Below, one piece after another: positions 53,764 through 64,000 of a DNA stretch of 64,000 nt (within the stretch, counting starts at the first letter, position 1; each line of letters opens with the position of its first letter). A program made the translations under genes and the position numbers. The notes below the pieces were generated by a model. That model saw nothing but the letters and a program-made list of their open reading frames with translations, was not told the origin of the DNA and searched no databases. Location of the stretch: contig OX597827.1 in assembly GCA_951406725.2 (NCBI GenBank), positions 60,512,001-60,576,000 on the forward strand, read 5' to 3'. Source of the stretch: Octopus vulgaris. Taxonomy: Eukaryota.

Positions 53764-56700
53764 GTAGATATAGGCATTGAATTCAGATAGAATAAAAGAT
53801 CCATTAATGAGAAAATATTTCTATTGTTTTACATATGTTTCGTTTTTAACCTGTTGTTTATCTCAGTCATCATTCGAGTGGCATCATCACCATCGACATC
53901 ATTGTCTTCCGTGCTAGATGGGCCAGATGGAATTTACTGAAGCAGATTTTGTACGACTTGACGACTTTGCCATTGTCAACCCTCACCTGATTCCAAGTAA
54001 GGTAATATTTCCCCGTCACCAGATGTTTTGACTAAAGACTGACAGTGAATGACACTCCTGGCATGATGGTGACACTCATTCACAACAATCACATGGTGTC
54101 AAGACAAACACACACACACACACACACAGAAAGGAGGAATTACAACCGTGTTTCATGGTCTGCTACCACAACAGCTCCTTTATAGGATCCAGTTAGCTCA
54201 AGACATCATCAGGAGGAACCACGTCCGGTTTCGGCCCCTACTCCTCTACCGTTTTGACGTGGCGGGGGCCCCCCACTTTCGGAGGTATCTTCAGCTCTGG
54301 TGTTGGGTGCATGTCTTCTTTCTTCTGTTCCCTGGCCTCTTCGATGTATCGTCAGCGAGTGTCAGCCAGTGACTGAATGTCTTGTCAAATTTCTCCCTTT
54401 AAATACCTGCTGCATAGGGGACTTCTTACAGTTTCCATCTCCCAAATTCATTCACAAAATTTTGGTTGAATCTGAGCCAGAAAAGATATTTGCCCAAGGT
54501 GCCACGCAGTGGGATTGAACCCAAAACCATGTTGTTGGGAAGCAAACTTCTCATAGCCACACCTGCATCTAACTCCTTTCCACTTGTTGTTTATTCCAGT
54601 CATTATTCAAGACATTTATAATAAAAAAATATTCTGGCCATGACCATGATTGAATTTGGTTAGCAGACAGAAACTATGCTGAAGCCCATTATATACATAT
54701 ATATGTATATGTCTATCTCTCACACACTGCAATTGACAACCAGTGTTTGTTTATGTTCCCCACAGCAGTTTGGCAAAAGATTTTCCAAGAATAAGAATAA
54801 GGTCGGTTTGCTGGCATAACCGCTAACACAGATGTGTTAACAAAGGGATGTGGGTTCAAGTCCCACGAGTACAGGAAAGCCTACATTTTAAGCGCAGGAG
54901 TGGCTGTGTGGTAAGTAGCTTGTTTACCAGCCACATGGTTCTGGGTTCAGTCCCACTGCGTGACACCTTGGGCAACTGTCTTCTACTAGAGCCTTGTGAG
55001 TGGATTTGGTAGACGGAAACTGAAAGAAGCCCGTTGTATATATGTATATATATATGTGTGTGTTTGTGTTTGTCACCCCAACATCGCCTGACAACCGATG
55101 CTGGTGTGTTTATGTCCCCGTAATCTAGCAGTTCAGCAAAAGAGACCGATAGAATAAGTACTAGGCTTACAAAGAATAAGTCTTGGGGGTCAATTTGCTC
55201 GACTAAAGGCGATGCTCCAGCATGGCCGCAGTCAAATGACTGAAACAAGTAAAAGAGTAAACCCAAAAAGCAAAAACAAAACCAAAAAAGTACAGGGATT
55301 GATTTGTGTGACTAAAATCCTTCAAGAGAGCACTCCAGCATGACCATAGTCCAATGACTGACAGCAGTAAAAGACATACAAATAATTACATAAAATCTCA
55401 AACAGGATTGTCTCCCACCCCACCAGATACACACCCCTTTCAGAAAGAGAGACTTCAGCATTTTAGTCATCAATTGGCTGCTTTGTAACTGGAAATGACT
55501 CACAACAACAGCTATGACCGTTACTTAATGTTGACCATTACTTAGTAAGAGCTTTGTGATTCAGTACTTGAAATTCAAATAAATAAATTAATAAAATTTT
55601 AAAAAATAAATAACTTATCTACAGATACTAGCATGGCTGTGTGGTAAGAAATTTGCTTCCCAACCACATGGTTCCAGGTTCAGTCCAGTCCCACTGCATG
55701 GCACCTTGGGCAAGTGTACTTATAGCTTCAGGCTGACCAAAGCCTTCTGAGTGGATTTGGTAGATGGAAACTGAAAGAAGCCCATTGTTGTATGTCTTGT
55801 ACTCTGTATTTTCGTTGTTTGAAAAAAAGTTTGTTTCAATGTTTTTGTTTTTATGTTTTCGTTTCTCATTGTGTTCCACATTTTTTTGATGTCCTGTACC
55901 CATATATGCATGTTTATATACATATATATGTAGGTATGTATATATGCATATATTTATATATTATTTATATTATTATATGATCAAACACCACGCATTCTTT
56001 TCCAAGTAAGTTTTATCTATCTACATACATACATACATACATACATACATACATACATACATGTATGTATGTATATGCCTATGTGTGCATGTCTTTGGGT
56101 CTGTGTTTGTCCCCTCCACCACTGCTTGACAACCAGTACTGGTGTGTTTATGTGACTGTGACTTAACAGTTCAGCAAACAAGACCAATAGAATAAGTACC
56201 AAGCTTAAAAAAAATAAGTCCCAATGTTGATCTGTTGTTTGACTAAAACCCTTCAAGACAGTGAGTTACTCCAGCATGGCCGCGATCAAATGACTGAAAC
56301 AAATAAAAGATATTGCTAATAGGTACAGGCATGACAGTGTGGTCAAGAAGCTTGCTTCCCAACCGTGTGGTCCTGAGTTCAGTTTTGACTTGGGTAAGTA
56401 AGTGTCTTCTACAATGGCCCTGGGCTCACCAAAAGCCTTGTGACTGAATTTGGTAGAAACCCATCACGTGTTGCATCCATGTGTGTGCGAGTGCACACAC
56501 ATTCACACAATATACACACATTTATAATATACATCTATAATATATATGCACATATTTATAATATGCACCTCCAGGCACGTAAAAAGCACCATCCGATCGT
56601 GGTAGTTTGCCAGCCTCGTCTGGCACGTAAAAAGCACCCACTACACTCACGGAGTGGTTGGCATTAGGAAGGGCATCCAGTTGTAGAAACATTGCCAGAT

Positions 56701-57634
56701 CAGACTGGGCCTGGTGCAGCCTTCTGGCTTCCCAGACCCCAGTTGAACCGTCCAACCCATGCTAGCATGGAAAGCGGACGCTAAACGAAGATGATGATGA
56801 TGATATATAAAATATATATATATATATACACACACATACACACAGAATATACATATATGATATCCTCATCATCATTTAACATTCGTTTTTCATGTCAGTA
56901 TCTGTGTTTGTTCCCCCCACCATCGCTTGACAACCGATATTGGTGTGTTTACATCCCCATAACTTAGCAGTTTTGGCAAAAGAGACTGATAAAGTAAGTA
57001 CTAAGCTTACAAAAAATAAGGCCTGGGGTCAATTTCTCGAACTAAAAAAAAAAAACTTTAAAGCAGTGCTCCAGCATGGCCACAGTCAAATGACTGAAGC
57101 AAGTTTCAGAATAAAAGAATATTATCCAGGATGCATTGTGCCTGATAGATGAACAAAAAACAAAAAAAAAACCAATGTTCATTAGACGAATGATTTTAAT
57201 CCAATCAAGGTTACCCAGATTCCAAACAATAATAACAAGAGCAGCCAGAATAATAAACATACAAGAAATTTTCTTCTCTACCAATTTGCCCTTTGCAACT
57301 CGCGAAATTGCAGGGGGTTGGGGCGGGTGGGTGGGTGTAACGCTAAGCAAAAAATAAAATAAAATAATAATAACAATAATTTAACGTAATTTTCCATCAA
57401 AATTTGTTATTTTGCGATTTCCACTCCATGAGCTTGCAGAAACCAATCCTAGCGAGTTAGCATCCTTTGATCGATATAAACTGAACTATAAATTCTTGTT
57501 TATTCCTAGCCCTCTCTCTTATTTGCCCAAGTTGTTCAGTCTGTGGCTATTTATAAAGGAAAAGTCGAAGCACTTTTATAAATATCATTAATCATTAATT
57601 TATTCAATCAAGCCTAAATTTATACACCTGATTA

Positions 57635-57958
57635 ATATACACACACATACACACACACATATACACACACACATATGCACACATAGACATATACATACAC
57701 ACATACACACACATACATACACACACATATACACACACACACATACGTACACATATATACACACGTATGCACACACATACAGATCTACACACATACATCT
57801 ATACACACACACACATATGCATACACATACATCTATACACACACACATATGCATACACATATACTCACACATACATCTATGCACACATATGCATACACAC
57901 ACACATATGCATACACATACTCACACACACATCTATTACACACACATATATATATATG
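57635..57958. repeat. Degenerate (CA/TA)n microsatellite; others include (AAT)n 6207-6292, (TA)n 8115-8163 and 31564-31607, (CA)n 47955-48110
   Basis: Directly visible. Confidence 0.95.
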
Positions 57959-58359
57959 AGCTTTAAACAACGATTAGACACAGCTCCTTTCTCTCTCTCA
58001 TTTAAGCCTATTCATACACATAACCACACACACACACACACACACTCAATCATATACAGACTCAAAACAGACTAAACTACTTCAGGTCTTAGTAATAACA
58101 TAGGCTGCTATGAAGCTTGCATGCACACACACACACACATCAATTCACTTGAGGTTCTTGTAATAAACATACGCTGTTATTGTATGCTCTCTGTACGCAA
58201 TTTATATTATGGTTTTAGAAAACACACACACACACGCACCTTGCCAATAAATATAAAATATAAAACAAACCACAGAAACTAATTAACTAGAAGCATATAC
58301 ATGTCTTTATAATCAGCAATTGATACATTATTAATTTTATTAATAACAAGAACAATAAC

Positions 58360-58790
58360 AACTTGCTAGAAATAACAGCCAAATAACCCTCAAATCACAT
58401 CCTATTATCAACAGCAATGACAACTTGCTAGAAACAAGAGTCAAATTGCCCTCAGATCACACCTTGTTAACAACAGCAACAATAACAACTTGCTAGAAAC
58501 AGCAATGAAACCACCCTCAGATCACATCCTCTAAACAACAGCAATAATAACTTGCTGGAAATAACAGCCAAATAACCCTCAAATCACACCCTATTATCAA
58601 CAGCAAATAAAAACTTGCTAGAAACAAGAGTCAAATTGCCCTCAGATCACACCTTGTTAACAACAGCAATGATAACAACTTGCTAGAAACAACAATGAAA
58701 CCGCCCTCAGATCACATCCTCTAAACAACAGCAATAATAACTTGCTAGAAATAACAGCCAAATCATCCTCAGATCACAGCGTACTATCTT
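58360..58790 (+). repeat. Minisatellite of ~62-65-bp units with a 3-unit (~190-bp) higher-order repeat
   Basis: AACTTGCT.GAAA starts at about 58360, 58422, 58487, 58549, 58612, 58677 and 58739; variant order A-B-C-A-B-C-A. Confidence 0.9.
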
Positions 58791-59335
58791 AAGATGGAGT
58801 GTTCATAGCCAGAAAAACCATTGATCATAGGCCTGTTCAATTAGAGCTGATCTGGGACCACACAGCGAGGAAAACCAAAGTAAATTGACAACAGGTTTAA
58901 ATAAGAACTAATTTGATAAGATTATTGAAACCGGATTTTTTGAGCAGCAGCAGTAGTAGTGGTGGTGGTGGTGGTGGTGATGGTACAGTGTTGTAGTAAT
59001 GGTAGTAGTGATTGTGTGTGTATAATAGTGGTGACAGTTGCAAAAGTAGTTTGGTGATAGTAGTTGTAGTAGTGGTGGTGGTGGTGTGTTGTAGCAGCGG
59101 TGTAAAATAATGGTAGTGTGTGGTGTGGTTGCATGTCATCGTAATGGTGGCAGTGGTTGTTCAGTGTTATAGAAGTAGTGATAGTTGCAGAAATTAGTTA
59201 GTGGTAGTTGTGACAGTAGTAGTAGCAGCAGCAGCTTTGGTGGTGGTGGTGGTGGTGATGAGTACAGCCCCTCTATTAGGCTTCCATACAGTTTCCATCA
59301 ACTCAACTTTACTCACAAGACTTAGGTTAATTTGA

Positions 59336-59985
59336 GGTCGTGGCCTATGCCAGGGGTGTAACCAGCCCACTTATGCGTACCTTTTCCTTCTTTGGACACT
59401 GAACTCTGCTTGCGTAGACCTATTGAGGCAAGTGTAATTGAAATCAAATTCGATGACTGGCATCCGTGCTAGCGGGGTGCAAAGAGCACCATACGAGTGT
59501 GATCGTTGACAGAGCGGCTAACCGGCTTCCGTGCCAGTGACACATAAAAGGTACCATTTGAGTGTGATCATTACCAGCGTCGCCTTACTGGCACTTGTGC
59601 CCTGTGCTAGTAGGCTGCTAAAAGCACCATCCGAGCGTGATCGTTGCTAGAGTGGCTAACCAGCTTCTGTGCCGGTGGCACATAAAAGGCACCATTCGAG
59701 TGTGATCATTACCAGCGTCACCTTACTGGCGCCTGTGCCGGTGGCATGTGTAAAAAGATTTGAGCGAGGTCATTGCCAGTACCGCCTGACTGGCCCACAT
59801 GCCAGTGGCACATAAAAGCACCCACTACACTCTCGGAGTGGTTGGCATTAGGAAGGGCATCCAGCTGTAGAAACTCTACCAGATCAAGATTGGAGTCTGG
59901 TGCAGCCATCTGGTTTGCCAGCCCTCTGTCAAATCGCTCAACCCATGCTAGCATGGAAGGCAGACATTAAACAATGATGATGAGG
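59336..59985 (+). mobile_element. Same (ATG)n-tailed retroposon family; shorter 5'-truncated copies at ~21393-21590, ~25622-26062 and ~56570-56803 (all +)
   Basis: Common 3' end CCAACCCATGCTAGCATGGAA...TAAACGATGATGATG with a variable number of ~60-bp units upstream. Confidence 0.8.
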
Positions 59986-60250
59986 AGGAGGGGGACTAGA
60001 AACTTGATCAAGGTACTGTGCAGTGGGATTGAACCTGAAGCTAAGGGATTGCAAAGCAAATATCGTAAACTGCACAGACATGTTTGTCACTAATATAATT
60101 TGAGATTTTGATGATGTTATTATTTATGTTCAGAATGACTTGTCTTCCACAGGTACAGGCTTGTCCTTTCAGGTGCTGGTACCACATAAAAAGCACCTAT
60201 GTCAGTGCTGAGTAAACAGCACCCTTGCTGGTGACATGTATATATATATA

Positions 60251-60503
60251 ACGGGAAGGTTTACGAAAATAAACAAAAGACGAAGGCAGGTGGAGTACAA
60301 ACAAACAAAGGTATTAGTATGGTGCTCAGGAATAGAAATAGAACAAGTCTTTTACGTTTCGAGCCTACGCTCTTCGACAGAATGATACACAGAAAAAAAC
60401 AAGGAGAGAAAAAAAATGCGTGTAGGAGCTAACGATCTATCATGGCGTCCTGACTTCAGACAGTGGTCAGGGGAGATAACAGGGTCAAGTAACTTCCAAT
60501 AGA
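60251..60503 (-). mobile_element. Penelope-like terminal-repeat fragment next to (TA)n
   Basis: Starts at a (TA)n run, carries a hammerhead-like motif, and has a layout similar to the 35395 insert. Confidence 0.5.
60350..60382 (-). ncRNA. Minimal hammerhead-like motif with A6U core change
   Basis: Minus strand TT-CTGTCGA-A-GAGC-gtag-GCTC-GAAA-CG-TA-AAA; same helix II arms as the 35497 motif with a different loop. Confidence 0.5.
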
Positions 60504-61294
60504 TATACGATGGGCTTCTTTCAGTTTCTGTCTACCAAATCCACTCACAAGGCTTTGGTCGGCCCGAGACTATAGTAGAAGACACTTGCACAAGGTGCCA
60601 CGCAGTGGGACTGAACCTGGAACCATGTGGTTCGTAAGCAAGCTACTTACCACACGGCCACTCCCACACCTAAATACGCCTGAATCTTATTGGATTCTCA
60701 TCAAGGTCATCAATGTCAATTTGACCAATCCTAGAGAAAGAAGCAGCCTATCTGTTTCTATACTCAACAGTTATGGCAGCTACAGAAAACTGGTGCTATT
60801 AATTTGCATATTGTAAGTGTTAACACTTTATCTTAAATATCAGAAAACTGTCAGAGGTCTGTCAAAGGGGATCTCAGCCCACACAGTACCAAGGTGTGAT
60901 ATTATTTACGTAACTTATAAAGTACCTTTATAGACTGGGCTAATTTAGCTGTAAACCAGCTGTTTCAATAGTTTATGGAAATTTGTAGATTTACAGAGCC
61001 AGCCAACCTCATTTAAGGTGCAGAAATAAAAAGATGTGAATTCATAATTATTGTAAGAACTTTTTTTTGCTTTTGTAGGTCTTTAGTGCAGGATATGTAA
61101 TTCTTCTTCAACTCAGGTAGTTTATCTCCTGGCGATATTAACTGAGTTAAGCTGGTGTCCTATTCAAGGGATGATTGATCTTGTTAGCTTAGAGCCATGG
61201 AATAAGAGAAACGTGTACGCTCAACACTATAGATGAACAGATTTAGAGAAGTTGAGGTAATAAGAGAAATAAGTGAACAAGAAAGCATAAGAAA

Positions 61295-61700
61295 TGAGAA
61301 AAGAGAAGAGGTAGAGAGAGAGAGAACAAAGAGAAGAGGTAGAGAAAGAAAACAAAAAGAGGTAGAGAGAGAGAACAAAGAGAAGAGGTAGAGAGAGAGA
61401 GAGAGAGAACAAAGAGAAGAGGTAGAGAGAGAGAACAAAGAGAAGCGGTAGAGAGAGAGAACAAAGAGAAGAGGTAGAGAGAGAGAGAGAGAACAAAGAG
61501 AAGAGGTAGAGAGAGAGAACAAAGAGAAGAGGTAGAGAGAGAAAATAGAGATAGAGAGAGAGAAGTAAAGACAGAACAAAGAGAAGAGGTGAAGAAAGAG
61601 AGAAATGAAAAAAGAGAAGAGGTAGAAAAAGAAGAGGTAGAGAGAGGAAAGGAAAGAGAGAGAGAGAGAGATGGAGAAAAATGAGGAAGAGAAAAGGAAG
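61295..61700. repeat. Purine-rich tandem repeat of ~30-bp units GAGAACAAAGAGAAGAGGTA(GA)n
   Basis: Directly visible; explains the three overlapping Leu/Ser/Phe ORFs. Confidence 0.95.
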
Positions 61701-64000
61701 AGTGACAGATTTGTACACAGAAGTAAATCGGGGGGAGGAGGAAGTTGCTCGTATTTAGATTTGAAACCTTGATACATTTCAGAAACATTAATTATTTAAA
61801 TGAAAAGTTCTTCTAGAAAGATAACGGATTCATCCACCTGTCAGAAATTTGCCCCGTGTGGGTGATAACAAAATCATATCAGTGGTATGCCACCCTGGTG
61901 GCCAACAGGGATTACATAAAACATCACAGCCAGAAATATGAGTTTTACACCCCGTGTGAAGATTCTCTTAACCAAAATATAAACAGCTTTACAGCTGATC
62001 TGAAAGAAGATAAAGCTGAGATGTATGATAGACCCATACTCTTTTACTTGTTTCAGTCATTTGACTGCGGCCATGCTGGAGCACCACCTTTTAATCGAGC
62101 AACTTGACCCCGGGACTTATTCTTTTGTAAGCCCAGTACTTATTTTATCGGTCTCTTTTGCCGAACCGCTAAGTAACAGGGACATAAACACACCAGCATT
62201 GATTGTCAAGCAATGCTAGGGGGAAAATACAGACACACAAACACACACACGCATATATATATATATACATATATACGACGGACTTCTTTCAGTTTCCGTC
62301 TACCAAATCCACTCACAAGGCTTTGGTCGGCCCGAGGCTATAGTAGAAGACACTTGCCCAAAGTGCCACGCAGTGGGACTGAACCCGGAACCATGTGGTT
62401 GGTAAACAAGCTACTTACCACACAGCCACTCCTGCGCCATAATGTAGTTTATTTATAAATTTATGGTTTCATATTTTATTCCAGTATGTTTGTTCCTTCT
62501 TGAGCCATGTCTGGCTCATAGGGCCAGTTTGCCGGTTTCCATGGCATATAGGTTCCCCACCTGGATGGGACGCCGGTCCGTCGCAGGTGAGCTGCAAGAT
62601 ACAGGAGGAAAGAGTGAGAGAAAGTTGTGGCGAAAGAGTCAGCAGAGGTTTGCCATTACCTTCTGCCGGAGCCACGTGGAGCTTAGGTGTTTTCGCTCAT
62701 AAACACACACATCACCCAGTCTGAGATTCGAACCCATGATCCCTCGACCATGAGTCTGCTGCTCTAACCACTAGGCCATGTACTTCCACTTATTCCAGTA
62801 TACTAACACAATATTGTATTACATTCATAAAATCCTACATTCTCAGCAAAACCACTTTACTATATCTTTCAGTAACTGTATAATGAAATATAGTTTGTGG
62901 AAAAACAAACTTAGAATATTTGTAAAGGTGGGGTACATCTTAAGTAGAGTGCACCTTATACACTGGCACTTACGATATATCTAATTAGATTTTTTTTTTA
63001 TGCTGACTACATTAAAGGTAAACACTAATTTAGTTTTCTTAACCACAGTAATATAAGCTTGTAGTTGTTTAGCTACAGGTCAGCTTAGGTCAAACAGGTT
63101 TTTACAGACAGTTTATCTTGGACACAGACAGTTTACATTGGACAATGCTAAAAGAAGTGAAGGAAACATCATAATAAACTATAAGATTGGATTTGAGAAA
63201 TATTTGGCTGCTGTTTTTAGTAGGTTGAATAACCATATAGAGGCTCCTTCATTGGCTCAGTGTTTTAATATGTTGCACAGATATAAGGAAATCTGAAAAG
63301 AAAAGGGAATAAGAAGGAAGGAATATAATATTCAAACCTTTGAAACTGCAAGTATGCTTTAACACAGGGATTCTCAACCATTTTATGCCTTTGGCCCCTT
63401 TAATTCCTGTTTTACTCAAATGGAGTGCCACAGTCATTCACTATACATACCATTGTTGTTTAACTTCCACTTTCCATGCTGGCATGGGTTGGACGGTTTG
63501 ACATGGAGCAGACTCCAGTTGTCTGTTGTGGTATGGTTTCTGTGATTGGATTCCCTTCCCAACGCCAAATATATCTTACTGCATTTTTGTAATTAAATAT
63601 TATTAGGAATTGTATAAAATGCATAACCAGCTTATTGCACATAAATTTTAGCAAAATCTTACATGGACCCCTAAGGGGGTCATGGGTTAGTGGACCCCAC
63701 TTGAGAACTACTGCTTTAACAGGTGCAGTTTTGTTTGATTACATCCCTGGAAGCTGCAGATATAGGTGAGCATATAATTTTGTGCTTATGATTGAAAATA
63801 ATGATATTTTTGCCAATTAGCAAACCATAAACACAATACTGTGTAGCTTTTGTATCTTCCAGGGATACTATCAATCAAAATTGTACCCTCTGAACTATAT
63901 TCTCATCACAAGGTCGTCCTTGCTGTATGGCAGATTGTGTACCTTAAAAAAAGGTACAAAAAAAAAAAAAAGCGGCAAGCTGGTAGAAATGTTAGCACAC

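Noticed and set aside
57042-57350. Hydrophobic ORF segment MFIILAALVIIVWNLG as the ABHD2 signal-anchor exon
   Set aside because: The nearby donor gives phase 1 where phase 2 is needed, and the expected ~40 residues after the transmembrane segment are absent.
61184-61788. Three long overlapping ORFs (also the ORFs at 20041-20502, 47689-48180 and 57600-58075)
   Set aside because: Translations of simple repeats that lack stop codons.

Overview
AT-rich, repeat-dense eukaryotic genomic DNA. The SINE, LINE and microsatellite repertoire looks like an octopus/coleoid cephalopod (inference from recognition, no search run). The main gene is an ABHD2-like alpha/beta-hydrolase (monoacylglycerol lipase) on the minus strand. 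Seven GT-AG coding exons (41182 down to 9324) splice in frame to 349 aa plus stop, with an intact Ser-Asp-His triad (GFSMG, NAADDP, HGGH); the first coding exon was not found and probably lies beyond the window. The rest is intron and flank filled with tRNA-derived SINEs, CR1 and RTE LINE fragments, Tc1/mariner relics, TTAA MITEs, Helitrons and simple repeats, and most of the ORF track is repeat noise. Most notable: (1) several short, unrelated Penelope-like inserts, often asymmetric fold-backs beside (TA)n runs, carry type I hammerhead ribozyme motifs with palindromic helix III, including C3:G8, G3:C8 and U3:A8 covariant cores; (2) a 1.14-kb retroposon with nested 60-bp and ~350-bp tandem repeats is flanked by a near-identical ~750-bp direct repeat, possibly a giant target-site duplication; (3) many intronic inverted repeats could form dsRNA in the ABHD2 pre-mRNA.
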